Source: an uncultured Chloroflexia bacterium
GTDB lineage: Bacteria; Chloroflexota; Limnocylindria; Limnocylindrales; CSP1-4
DNA: 64,000 nt
NCBI GenBank assembly: GCA_963816905.1
Contig: CAWFMQ010000009.1
Location: forward strand, 20,142-84,141
Direction of reading: 5' to 3'
Part shown: piece after piece, positions 30,271-40,218 of the stretch
Layout: every line of letters starts with the position of its first letter
Numbering within the stretch: position 1 is the stretch's first letter
The notes under the pieces: model-generated
The model's database searches: none
The model's input: only the letters and a program-made list of their open reading frames with translations
What the model was told of the DNA's origin: nothing
Translations under genes and position numbers: made by a program

Positions 30271-30298
30271 ACATGCTCGTTCCCGGGGGGAGGACGGA

Positions 30299-30421
30299 GG
30301 GGCGGCCGGAGAGCCGCCCCTCCCGATTCAGCGCACGGGGGCGGCCGGAGAGCCGCTCCTCCCGATTCAGCGCGGGGGCGGCCGGAGAGCCGCTCCTCCC
30401 GATTCAGCGCGGGGGCGGCCG
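30299..30421. repeat. Tandem 37-bp hairpin repeat, about 3.3 copies
   Basis: GGGGGCGGCCGGAGAGCCGC(T/C)CCTCCCGATTCAGCGC starting at about 30299, 30337 and 30374, partial copy at 30411. Confidence 0.9.
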
Positions 30422-30444
30422 TCGTGCGCGACCTTGGCCGGGTT

Positions 30445-31119
30445 CTACTCCCGCAGGTACCCGTGCTGGACCGCGTATGACCGCAGGCCGGGAATGCCGC
30501 GGACACCGAGCTTGTCCACGAGGTTGGCCACGTGGCGCCGCACCGTGTGCTCGCTGATTCCGAGGTCCCTGGCGATGTCGGGGGCGTGCTCGCCACGGGC
30601 AAGGCAGGCCAGGATCTCGGCCTCACGGATCGTCACGCCGTGACCGGACTGGTGCCAGCGGATCGAATTGTCGATCAGGCCGGCGCTGACGCTGCTGTGG
30701 ATGGGGCGCTCGCCCCTGGCGACGGCCCGGATGGCCTCGACCAACTCCGTTGCGCGCGCGCCCTTGACGAGGTATCCGGCCGCGCCGGCCATCAGCGCCT
30801 GGCGGACCGTCTCGCGATGACGATGCATGGAGACCACGAGCACACGAGTGGTGGGAAAGCGGTCGCGGATGACGTGCAGCAGCGGGATGCCGTCCGAGTC
30901 ACCGAGTGACAAATCCAGCAGGACCACATCCGGGTGGTGGCGCTCTATGAGGGCAAGCGCGCCCTCCGCGTCCTCGGCGTCACCGACAACGTCGATCCGT
31001 TCGGCATTCTTGAGGACGAGTCGGAGGCCGTCGCGGAACAGGGCGTGATCCTCGACGATCCCGACCGTCAGGCGGGCGGGCGGGGGATTTGTCGTGGCCG
31101 TATTCGCCAGTTCGCGCAT
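30445..31119 (-). CDS. NarL/LuxR-family response regulator
   Basis: IVEDHALFRDG, DVVLLD, GYLVK, TIREAEIL..ISEHTVRRHVAN..KLGV. Confidence 0.95.
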   Translation of the reverse strand: MRELANTATTNPPPARLTVGIVEDHALFRDGLRLVLKNAERIDVVGDAEDAEGALALIERHHPDVVLLDLSLGDSDGIPLLHVIRDRFPTTRVLVVSMHRHRETVRQALMAGAAGYLVKGARATELVEAIRAVARGERPIHSSVSAGLIDNSIRWHQSGHGVTIREAEILACLARGEHAPDIARDLGISEHTVRRHVANLVDKLGVRGIPGLRSYAVQHGYLRE

Positions 31120-32195
31120 CAGCTCGGACCAACCGTTTCCCATGCCAGGTCAGGACGTGCATCAAGAGAGGGTTCGGCCGCGACGGGAAGCTCCAACGTC
31201 ACGATGGTTCCGCGGCCGCGCCGTGATTGCACGGACAGCCGGCCACCTGCGCCGGCTGCACGTTCCTCCATGCCGATCAGCCCGATGCCCGACCCGCGAA
31301 CGGCCCGCGTGTCGAACCCGACGCCGTTGTCGCGGACCTGGATGCGCAGCCTCCCGTCATGCCGTCGCAGTCGGATGAGCGCCTCGGTCGCCCTGCTGTG
31401 GCTGACCACGTTCGCGATCGCCTCCTGCGTGATGCGGAATGCCGCGGTTTCCACGGGCTCCGGGAGGCGCAGGGTGTCGAGCAGCGGCCCCTCGACCGCG
31501 ACGCGGCACGGGATTCCGGCATGCTGGGCAAGGTCGCGCAGCGCTTCAAGGAGGCCGGCCGGGTTCATGCGCGCCGGGCGCAGCTCGAAGGCGATCGACC
31601 GCACCTCCTGGAGGGCCACCTCGGCAAGTTCACCTGCCGAGACCACGAGCGGCGCGGCATCCGAGGATGGCTCCAGCCGAGCCTGGGCCATGTCAAGCGT
31701 CAGCATCATCGCGCCGATCGTCTGCCCGACGCCGTCGTGCAGGTCGAGCGCGAAACGCCGTCGCAGCTCTTCCTCGCCCGCCACCCTCTGTTCGATGGCT
31801 TCCTCGTAGAGCGATGCGAAGCGGCGCGTGGCCTTCTCACGCCGATCGGCGAGGACGGCGACCGTGAACACCAGGGCGATCATGACCGGCCAATCCTCCA
31901 GGCCGAGCGGCAGGGCCCCGTCCTCCGGCACGCTCACGAGCTCGCCGCCGAACACGAGCACGGACGCCAACACCAGTCGGATCAGTGTGCCACGCAACTC
32001 GAACGCGAACGCCCGCAGGACGAGCACAGCCAGGACGGCGTGAAACGCCAGATCCGGCCAGATCAGCCGGAGATAGCTCGCGACGACGAGGATGGCCATG
32101 ATGAGGTCGAGGCCACCGCTGGACCACGTCCGCGCCACGATGGCGGATGCAAGAGATGGCCGCGGCGCCCCCCGCAGGGCGCCCACCCTCACCAC
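31119..32195 (-). CDS. HisKA_3 sensor histidine kinase (start uncertain)
   Basis: ALDLHDGVGQ, QEAIANVVSHS, DNGVGF, GIGLIGM.ERA, GRGT. N-terminal TMs. Confidence 0.92.
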   Translation of the reverse strand: MVRVGALRGAPRPSLASAIVARTWSSGGLDLIMAILVVASYLRLIWPDLAFHAVLAVLVLRAFAFELRGTLIRLVLASVLVFGGELVSVPEDGALPLGLEDWPVMIALVFTVAVLADRREKATRRFASLYEEAIEQRVAGEEELRRRFALDLHDGVGQTIGAMMLTLDMAQARLEPSSDAAPLVVSAGELAEVALQEVRSIAFELRPARMNPAGLLEALRDLAQHAGIPCRVAVEGPLLDTLRLPEPVETAAFRITQEAIANVVSHSRATEALIRLRRHDGRLRIQVRDNGVGFDTRAVRGSGIGLIGMEERAAGAGGRLSVQSRRGRGTIVTLELPVAAEPSLDARPDLAWETVGPS

Positions 32196-32878
32196 ATCGA
32201 ACCCTTCGGTTTACGCGTCTCCCAAGCCCGGGAACGGCCCGGATGGTCGATCGGCGCCGCCGCTTCGTCAAGTGCCCAACGGTTTCAACTACATTGCAGA
32301 TTCATTGCAGGCGTGGAACGCCGTGGTCCCGCGCCTTCCCCGTTCGGGGTCGTGCAAACGCGAGCACGGGACGGGCGTTCGGCCGCCGATCGTGCTCAGC
32401 TGCCCGATTTCGGGCCCTCGCAATCGAGCGAACCGGGGAAACCGGCGAGCCGGTCCAGCGCGCGGGGGCCCTTCGGGGAACGTGCCGTCGCCGGTGGTCA
32501 CTCTTGACCATGCGACCGGCCTGTGGACCAACTGCGAGTGGTCAATTGTGTCGGCCGCCCGTCGTGCTCCTTCGCTTGCTCAGGCCGGACCTGACGACGA
32601 CCGCCTGGGCACTTTCCTGCGGGCGCACTCGTGAGTGTCGCCGCCAGAAATGGAAGAAACCCGGAATGGCCCCCTCGGTCGTGCACCCGGATGCTCACCC
32701 GTGGTGGTCGGACGCAGGGAGGCCGACCACCACGGGAGGAAGACCGCATGCGACATCTCGCACCTGTCGGGGCACAGTGCTGCAACGCGTCGGGCCGGCA
32801 ACAGCTTGACCTGCGGCGGGCCGGTCCGCCTCCTCCGGCCGGTCCGCCGCGCTCTCCCTGCCGGGAAGGGATCTCAAC

Positions 32879-33337
32879 ATGACGCGCACACACGACGGGG
32901 GCCATCGCCAGGCGTTACCGGCCCTGCTCATCCTCGCGATCGCCGGCTGCACGTCGACGACGAATGCCGGTGCAAACCCGACGCCCGGCCATGCCGTCAA
33001 CGCCACCGAGTCGGAATTCAAGATCGAAACCGACACCACGTCGATCGGGAGCGGGAGCGAGACGTTCACCGTCACGAACCACGGCACGGTCGCACATGAG
33101 TTCGTGATCGTCCGCACGGACCTCGCTCCGGACGCGCTGCCCAGGGACGGCTCGGGCGGCGTCGACGAGGAGGCCGAAGGCACGACACACATCACCGAGG
33201 TCGAGGACGTCGCGCCCGGCTCGAGCACGTCGCTCACCGCGAACCTCGCCCCCGGCAGGTACGTCGTCTTCTGCAACGTGCCCGGCCACTATGCGGGTGG
33301 GATGCACGCCTCGCTGACCGTCGTGGCGAACGGCTGA
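32879..33337 (+). CDS. Cupredoxin (type-1 copper) lipoprotein
   Basis: Lipobox IAGC, HEFVI, FCNVPGHYAGGM. Confidence 0.88.
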   Translation: MTRTHDGGHRQALPALLILAIAGCTSTTNAGANPTPGHAVNATESEFKIETDTTSIGSGSETFTVTNHGTVAHEFVIVRTDLAPDALPRDGSGGVDEEAEGTTHITEVEDVAPGSSTSLTANLAPGRYVVFCNVPGHYAGGMHASLTVVANG

Positions 33338-33352
33338 CGGCTTCAGGTGGGT

Positions 33353-34370
33353 TCAGGGAACGGCGACTGTGGCGCGTACCACGCAATGGTCGCTGCCGCG
33401 CGGCGTGCAGTCCGGGGAGATTGCGATCGGCGCGACGCCGTTTGCCGCGAACACCATGTCGATGCGGAGCAAGCCGAACGGCAGCCACTTCACCGGGTCC
33501 GGGCGCCACGTCGCGCCGGGACCGAAGCCGACCGCGTGCTGGAGGTCGATCATCCCGCGCGAGATCTCGGCGTAGGCGGGTTCGCGGTCGGTCGTGTTGA
33601 AATCCCCCACCAGCACGAGCGGGTCGCCGGCGGCCAGTAGCGGATCGACCACGGCACGCATCGCGGCGATCTCCGCGTCACGTTTGGAGGGATCGAACCC
33701 GGTCGGGATCGGCAACGGACCCAGGACCGGGATGACGCCTGCAACGGGGTGCGCGACCACGACCTGGAACGAGCGACCGCCTCCGGCATCCAGCCGCGCC
33801 CTGATCAGCGGCGGATCGTTGGCGATCGTGGTGACGTCGAGGATGGGGAAGCTGCTGAGGAGCCCGATACCCAGCGAGCCGTCACGGGGCAGGATCTGCT
33901 GGTACGGGAAGCGTGCCCGGATGGCGGCGTCGGCGGCGATCGCGCTCGCGTGGTGCGGCGTCAATTCCTTCGAGCCCGACGATTCCCGCGGGGGCTGCCC
34001 GAAGCGTGGCCAGCACGGTGTCGGTCTCGGGATCGCCCGCGTCGAGGTTCCAGCCCGTGATGCCGATCGCATGCCCGCCGACTGAGGCCGCGGCACCGCG
34101 CGGAAGCCACCCGGGGGCGAACCCTGCGGCCGCGACGAGCAGGCATGCGACGAGCGCGACCAGCAGCGCGCGCCTGGTGCCCCTCGCGGCGCCGCGCGGC
34201 GGCAGCAGCGCCACCGGAATGAACAGGAGCAGCGGCAGGAACAGGAGCGGTGCAAGGACCTCGCCGAGGGCGAGCAGACCGTCACGCTGTGGCGCGAGTA
34301 CACCCACCGCCATCAGCGCGAGGAGACCAACGGCGTAGGAGATACCGATGAAGGTGAGCAAACGGCGCAC
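33353..34370 (-). CDS. Membrane-anchored endonuclease/exonuclease/phosphatase family protein, frameshifted
   Basis: N-terminal TMs, GWNL, LVGDFN, RIDMVF, GSDH. Confidence 0.85.
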
Positions 34371-34480
34371 AGCGCTCCTCGAGAGACCTCTGCCAGGGAG
34401 TGACGACCGACGCCTGCCGGTCCCCCCGGCACGCGGAAGTTCGCGATGACCGTCCGGCGTCGGACGTATGCTACCGGTTG

Positions 34481-35510
34481 ATGGCCAGCCCTCCCAAAAC
34501 CCGCCGTGACGAGCCCTTCATCCCGGCACCGGGTACACGTCTCGAGGGCATGGCGCTCGGCATCGACGTGGGCGGGACCGGCGTCAAGGCGGCGCTGGTC
34601 GACCTTGCGACCGCCGAACTGGTCAGCGACAGGGTCCGCGAGAAGACGCCCCAACCACCAAAACCGGGAGCGGTCGCCGAAACGATCCGCTCGGTCGTGG
34701 GTCGCGTCCTGGCCGATCGTCAAGTCCCGGACGACCTGGCCGTCGGCTGCGGGCTGCCGGGCGTCGTAAAGGACGGCCGCCTGACGACGGCAGCCAACAT
34801 CGGCCGCGAGTGGATCGGATGGCCCGCCGAGGAACGCATCGGTGCGGCGATCGGCCGCCGGGTCATGATCATCAACGACGCGGATGCCGCCGGGCTCGCC
34901 GAGGTGGCCTACGGCGCCGGCGAGGGCGTCGAGGGAACCGTGCTGCTGCTCACCATCGGGACCGGCATCGGCAGCGGCCTGTTCATCGACGGGGCGCTCG
35001 TGCCGAACACCGAGCTGGGGCACATCGAGGTCCACGGCAAGGACGCCGAGACGCGGCTGAGCGGCGCGGCACGCGAGCGGCGCAAGCTCGGCTGGAGGCC
35101 GTGGGCAAACGAGTTCAATTTCTACCTTTCGCACCTCGAGTGGTACCTCCAGCCTGACCTGATCATCCTCGGCGGCGGCGTCTCCAAGGAGATGTCGTCG
35201 TTCGGCGAAGTACCTCAGGGCGCAGGCGCCGATCGTGACCGCGACGTACCTGAACACGTCCGGCATCATCGGTGCTGCCTACGCGGCGGCTGCGGCAGAG
35301 CGGATGCAGCGAGCCCGCGCCGCGACCGCGACGAGGCGCCGCCGCGTCGCCAGGGGCGATCCCGGCACCGTGGGCGGGGCGCCACGCGTGGTCGGTGCAT
35401 CGACGGATGATGGCGTGACCCACCCGGCCGAGGCGACCACGGCGAACGATCCTCCGGGAGGCGCCGCGCCCGACTCCGGAGACGGGATCACCGTTCGATG
35501 CTGCGCCTGA
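34481..35510 (+). CDS. ppgK: Polyphosphate glucokinase (ROK), frameshift near 35210
   Basis: GIDVGGTGVK, INDADAAGLAE, TIGTGIGS, PNTELGH, GGGVSK, NTSGIIGAA. Confidence 0.85.
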
Positions 35511-35589
35511 CGTCTCGGGAGCGACGGGCGCCTGACCGCGGGCCGAGCCTCCGCGGTCCAGGTCGGATCGGGGTCGGGGCCGCGTCCTG

Positions 35590-36471
35590 ATGCAGTTGCA
35601 CCTGCTGGACGCGACATACGAGTTGTTCCGCGCCCATTTCGGCCGGCCGCCGCACCAGGACGCAGGCGGCCGCCCGGTCGGCGCCACCGTCGGCGTCGTC
35701 GAGAGCGTGCTCTCGCTCTTTCGCGACGACGGCGTCACGCACCTCGGGTGCGCGACGGACCACGTCGTACGCTCCTGGCGCAACGAGCGGTTCGCGGGCT
35801 ACAAGACCGAGGCGGGCATGCCGCCCGAATTGCTCGCCCAGTTCCCGCTCCTGGAGGATGCCCTGCGGGCCACCGGTTGCGTGGTGTGGCCGATGGTCGA
35901 ATTCGAGGCGGACGATGCACTCGGCGCCGCCGCGGCACGCTGGATGGACGACCCCGACGTCGAACGGATCGTGATCCTGTCGCCGGACAAGGACATGGCG
36001 CAATGCGTCCGTGAGGACGGCCGCGTGGTCACCTACGACCGCCGCCAGCGCCGGTTCATGGATGCGGACGCAGTGGCCGCCAAGTTCGGGGTCCGGCCGT
36101 CCAGCATCGCGGACTTCCTCGCGCTGGTCGGCGATTCCTCGGATGGGTACCCCGGCCTCCCCGGCTGGGGCGCCGTCTCGACCGCCGCCGTCCTGCGCCG
36201 CTATCCGCATCTCGAGGACATTCCCGACTCGATCGCCCGGTGGGATCTCGCCGTCCGCGGGGGGGCGGCACTGGCAGCGTCGCTCCGGCAGCATCGGGAT
36301 CAGGCGATGCTCTTCCGAGAGTTGGCCACGTTGCGGCTCGATGCGCCGATTCCGCAGCGCTCGGTCGACGAGTTGCGATGGCGCGGCGTCCCGCGCGCTC
36401 CGTTCGAGGCGCTCATCGAGCGACTGGACGAACCGCGCCTGCGGCAGCGCGTTCCGCACTGGGTGCCCTGA
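35590..36471 (+). CDS. Stand-alone 5'-3' exonuclease (FEN/PolI N-terminal type)
   Basis: LLDATYELFRA, EFEADD, SPDKDMAQ, LVGDSSDGYPGLPGWG. Confidence 0.93.
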   Translation: MQLHLLDATYELFRAHFGRPPHQDAGGRPVGATVGVVESVLSLFRDDGVTHLGCATDHVVRSWRNERFAGYKTEAGMPPELLAQFPLLEDALRATGCVVWPMVEFEADDALGAAAARWMDDPDVERIVILSPDKDMAQCVREDGRVVTYDRRQRRFMDADAVAAKFGVRPSSIADFLALVGDSSDGYPGLPGWGAVSTAAVLRRYPHLEDIPDSIARWDLAVRGGAALAASLRQHRDQAMLFRELATLRLDAPIPQRSVDELRWRGVPRAPFEALIERLDEPRLRQRVPHWVP

Positions 36472-36735
36472 GCCGGGGGCCGGGACGGATGCCGTCACGT
36501 GGCCCGATCGTACGAGCGGAGTGGTCGAGTGGGTCATAGCCCGGAGCGGTCCGGGCGTCGCAGAGTGGGTGAGTCGGGTCTCCATGCCCGATCGCCGAAC
36601 CACAGGAGAGCCGACAGCGCCGATGCCCACCGGTGCCCGATCGTGTCCAATGGAAGACGCGAGCGCCGCGGGGTCATGCCACTGCGCGCATGACGCGCCA
36701 CGTGCCATCCGACCGGCGTGGCACGTGGACGTCGC

Positions 36736-39558
36736 ATGACGCCGCTGGAAACCCTGCGAACCGCCCCCGATTGGGCGGCCCTGCGCTCGCGCATGGGTCG
36801 TTCGATGGGCCTCGGTGGGCCACGGGCGATCTGGATCTTCAGCCTGGTGCTGCTGCTGTCCGCCGTCCTGATCGATGTGCGACTGGTCATCCCGATGGGT
36901 CCGCTGCGCGCGACCGACGTGCCCTGGCCGCTGGTCGCCGTCGCGTTCGGGGTCGCCGAGATCTTCGTCATCGAGTTCACGCTCCGGAACAGCACCCACT
37001 CGTTCACCTTCAGCGAACTGCCGCTCGTGGTGGGACTGTTCCTGCTCGCGCCGCAGGACCTGATCCTCGCCCAGCTCGTCGGAGCAGGCGCCGCGCTCCT
37101 GATCCAGGGACCGCGGACGCCGGTGAAGCTGACGTTCAACGTCGCCAACTTCATGTTCGGCACCAGCCTGGCCTGCGTGGTCTTCCGGCTCATCGTCTCG
37201 CCGACGGAACTGGCGCCGACGGCCGCACAACCCGGGCAGCTCGAGTTCACGGGTTGGCTGGCCGGCTTTGCAGCGGCGTTCGTCTCCGACACGTCGGCGA
37301 CCCTGCTGGTACTGACCGCGATCGCGCTCAGCGAGGGCCGCCCGGCCCGAATCCCGCGCCTCATCGGCCTCGGGACGCTGTATACGCTCGCAGACACGAG
37401 CCTCGCCCTCGTGAGCGTGATGGTCCTGGTGCAGAACAAGCTCTCGTCGTGGCTGCTGCTCGTCCTGGCCGGCGTGTTCTTCTTCGGGTACCGCGCCTAC
37501 GGGTCCCTCCGCCAGCGCAATGAGAGTCTCGACACGCTCCAGCGGTCAACGCGCTCCATCCAGCTGGTGCTCCAGCTCGAGCGCGTCACCGAGAGCCTGC
37601 TCGAGAACGCCCGTGACCTGTTCGGCGCCGAACTCGTCGAGCTGTGGCTCTTTCCAACCGAGGACGAGCCTGGCCGGGGCGGGCGGCTGACCGACGAGGG
37701 ACTCACCTGGTACGAGTTGCCGGTGACCCCCGGTGCGCCCGCGTGGCGTCGCGTGATCGAGCAGCCCGGGTGCATCCGGCTGTCCCCGGACGACGCCGAT
37801 GTGCAGCTGGGGCCGACCTCCGGTGCCGGGAACCGCGAAACGATGCTCGCGCCCATCCGCAACGAAGCCGCAACCGCCGGCATCCTGGTGATCGCCGGCC
37901 GGGCCGTCGGCTCCGGTACGTGGAAACAGGACCAGCTGACGCTCCTCGAGACGCTCGCCAACCACGCGGGCGTCTCGATCCAGAACGGCCGCCTCGTCGA
38001 GCAGCTCCGGCGCCAGGCCCAGCGCCACGAGCACGAGGCCACCCACGATCCGCTCACCGGCCTCGCGAACCGGGCGCTGTTCCGCCGTCGGCTTTCCGAG
38101 GCCGTCCAGGAAGCCGCCCGAACCGGGGACAGTCTTGCGGTGATGATCATGGATCTCGACCGTTTCAAGGAGGTCAACGACACCCTCGGCCATCACAGCG
38201 GGGACGAGCTGCTGCAGCACATCGCCGGCCGGCTCCGCCGCACGGTGGGCGAACGCGGCCTCATCTCCCGCCTGTCCGGCGACGAGTTCGCGGTGCTGCT
38301 GGAGCACGTGCGAGGACCGCAGGCCCCGACAGCACTTGCCACGGCGATGGCCGTCGGGCTGCAGGCACCGTTCGCGATCCAGGAGATGCACGTGGACGTG
38401 GAGGCAAGCATCGGGATCGCGCTGTTCCCGGAACATGGCGGCGACGCGGATACGCTGCTCCAGCGTGCCGACGTCGCGATGTACATCGCCAAGACGTCGC
38501 ATACGGGGTACGAGGTGTACCGGCCGGACCGTGACCAGTACAGTCCGGCCCGCCTTGCCCTGACGGGCGAGCTTCGCTCGGCAATCGACTCGGGCAGTCT
38601 GACCGTGCTCTACCAGCCCCAGCTCGATGCTCGCACCGGGACCATCCGGGGTGCCGAGGCCCTCGTTCGGTGGGTGCATCCGCGCCACGGGTTGATCGCA
38701 GCCGGCGACTTCGTGCCGCTGGCCGAGCACACGGGCCTCATCCGCCCGCTGACGCTCTTTGTCCTCGGTGAGTCCCTCGCCCGATGCCGGGCCTGGCGCG
38801 ATGCGGGCCACGACATCGTCATGTCGGTCAACCTGTCGGCGCGCAACCTGCTGGATGTCACGCTCGCCGACGAGATTTCCCGCCAGCTGGCCGAGCACCA
38901 GCTTCCCGCCTCGGCACTGACGCTCGAGATCACGGAGACCTCCCTCATGTCCGATCCGCACCGGTCGGAGGCCATCCTGGACCGGTTGCGGTCACTCGGC
39001 GTGGGCATCTCGATCGACGACTTCGGGACGGGCTACGCCTCGCTGTCCTACCTGAAGCGCTTCCCGGTCACCGAGCTCAAGATCGACCAGGCCTTCGTCC
39101 GCGGCATCGACGACGACCCCGACGACCTGCGGATCGTCCGCTCGACGATCGAGCTGGCGCACGGGCTTCGCCTGCGGGTGGTGGCCGAAGGCTCCGAAAC
39201 GGCGCGGGTCACGGCCCGCCTGACGCAACTGGGCTGCGACGTGATCCAGGGCTATGCCGTCGGGCGGCCGATGCCGGCGGAGCTGTTCAACGAGCGCCTG
39301 GCGCGCGAGCCGCGCGGCGGGCCGGCTGCCGAGACGCTGTCGAGGCTGGTGCTTCCGGATCGCCGTCGGAGGGTCCGCCGACGGCAGGGCGTACGGCACC
39401 CCGGATCGGGCCGCCGAAGCACCGACCACCTCCCGTCGCCGGTCGCGGGGGTCGCGCCGGCGACCGACGGCCTGCCGTATCCGACCGCGGAGCTGTCGCT
39501 CCTCGCCGCCGAGCTGGCGCCGAAACGGCAACCGGTGCCGCCGCGCATTCTCAGCTGA
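36736..39558 (+). CDS. Multi-TM sensor-GAF-GGDEF-EAL c-di-GMP enzyme
   Basis: About 7 N-terminal TMs, GAF-like region, HDPLTGLANR, DLDRFKEVNDTLGH, SGDEF, EAL, DDFGTGY, ELKID, AEG, QGY. Confidence 0.95.
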   Translation: MTPLETLRTAPDWAALRSRMGRSMGLGGPRAIWIFSLVLLLSAVLIDVRLVIPMGPLRATDVPWPLVAVAFGVAEIFVIEFTLRNSTHSFTFSELPLVVGLFLLAPQDLILAQLVGAGAALLIQGPRTPVKLTFNVANFMFGTSLACVVFRLIVSPTELAPTAAQPGQLEFTGWLAGFAAAFVSDTSATLLVLTAIALSEGRPARIPRLIGLGTLYTLADTSLALVSVMVLVQNKLSSWLLLVLAGVFFFGYRAYGSLRQRNESLDTLQRSTRSIQLVLQLERVTESLLENARDLFGAELVELWLFPTEDEPGRGGRLTDEGLTWYELPVTPGAPAWRRVIEQPGCIRLSPDDADVQLGPTSGAGNRETMLAPIRNEAATAGILVIAGRAVGSGTWKQDQLTLLETLANHAGVSIQNGRLVEQLRRQAQRHEHEATHDPLTGLANRALFRRRLSEAVQEAARTGDSLAVMIMDLDRFKEVNDTLGHHSGDELLQHIAGRLRRTVGERGLISRLSGDEFAVLLEHVRGPQAPTALATAMAVGLQAPFAIQEMHVDVEASIGIALFPEHGGDADTLLQRADVAMYIAKTSHTGYEVYRPDRDQYSPARLALTGELRSAIDSGSLTVLYQPQLDARTGTIRGAEALVRWVHPRHGLIAAGDFVPLAEHTGLIRPLTLFVLGESLARCRAWRDAGHDIVMSVNLSARNLLDVTLADEISRQLAEHQLPASALTLEITETSLMSDPHRSEAILDRLRSLGVGISIDDFGTGYASLSYLKRFPVTELKIDQAFVRGIDDDPDDLRIVRSTIELAHGLRLRVVAEGSETARVTARLTQLGCDVIQGYAVGRPMPAELFNERLAREPRGGPAAETLSRLVLPDRRRRVRRRQGVRHPGSGRRSTDHLPSPVAGVAPATDGLPYPTAELSLLAAELAPKRQPVPPRILS

Positions 39559-39644
39559 GGGAAACGAGGGGGGGTCGCCAGAGGGGCCTGCCGCCGAATC
39601 CACGATCGGGCGGAAACCATCGGACGTTTGAGGGCCACGAACAA

Positions 39645-39722
39645 GGCCGCCGTCACCGGCGGCCGCGACAGCCGAATTCACATGTGGGCGAACGGTGATC
39701 GGGCCGCCGTCACCGGCGGCCC
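39645..39722. terminator. Two identical 20-bp GC hairpins between convergent units
   Basis: GGCCGCCGTCACCGGCGGCC at 39645-39664 and 39702-39721. Confidence 0.6.
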
Positions 39723-39744
39723 TCACTCTTCATGCCGCTGTCGC

Positions 39745-39849
39745 TCACCACTGCCAGCGGCGGCCAGCTTCCAGCACGTACGTCGAGCCTGCCAGGGCGG
39801 CAAGCGTGAGCAGTATGCGCAGGAGCTGCGCCCTGATTACCGGGCGCAT
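39745..39849 (-). CDS. Small peptide 2 (34 aa) MRPVIRAQLLRILLTLAALAGSTYVLEAGRRWQW
   Basis: Hand translation. ATG lies 4 nt after the peptide 1 stop. Basic-hydrophobic signal-like pattern ending AG-x-RW. Confidence 0.75.
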   Translation of the reverse strand: MRPVIRAQLLRILLTLAALAGSTYVLEAGRRWQW

Positions 39850-39853
39850 GGCT

Positions 39854-39943
39854 TCAGTACCAGCGCATGCCGGCGGCAAGCGCCAGCGCCATTGTGAGAA
39901 GGGCCACGACGGGAGGAAGCAGGCGCCTCAGGTTCGCCTTCAT
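39854..39943 (-). CDS. Small peptide 1 (29 aa) MKANLRRLLPPVVALLTMALALAAGMRWY
   Basis: GAGG RBS and ATG directly downstream of the riboswitch. Signal-like pattern ending AG-x-RW. Confidence 0.8.
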   Translation of the reverse strand: MKANLRRLLPPVVALLTMALALAAGMRWY

Positions 39944-39979
39944 TACCGAAGTACCTCGTGCAGAGGACGTGCGACGTCG

Positions 39980-40055
39980 TTCCCGGCAGCCGGGCGGTCT
40001 CGTGGAGATCCCTGGCTTTGCGTCCCCGTCTCGCGGCGGGTTTGCCCTGAGCAGG
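39980..40055 (-). ncRNA. c-di-GMP-I (GEMM) riboswitch
   Basis: Minus strand reads CAGGGCAAACCCGCC-GCGA-GACGGGGACGCAAAGCC...GGCTGCCGG. This matches the GGCAAACC / GNRA / GGACGCAAAGC class I signature. Confidence 0.9.
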
Positions 40056-40218
40056 AGGTCGGTCGGACGGTGGACATCACCGTCACGCAGGAACGTAGCC
40101 GGACGGTCACCCGGCCTTCCTTGGGCCCGTGGTACCGAGGCCCCGACCCGATGGTGCGGTGCGATCCCGCACCGCAACCCCGCCTGTTGCCGGCGGCCGG
40201 TCGATCGCTCGAGGGCGC

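Noticed and set aside
30299-30421. 37-bp repeats as CRISPR
   Set aside because: Units are directly tandem with no unique spacers.
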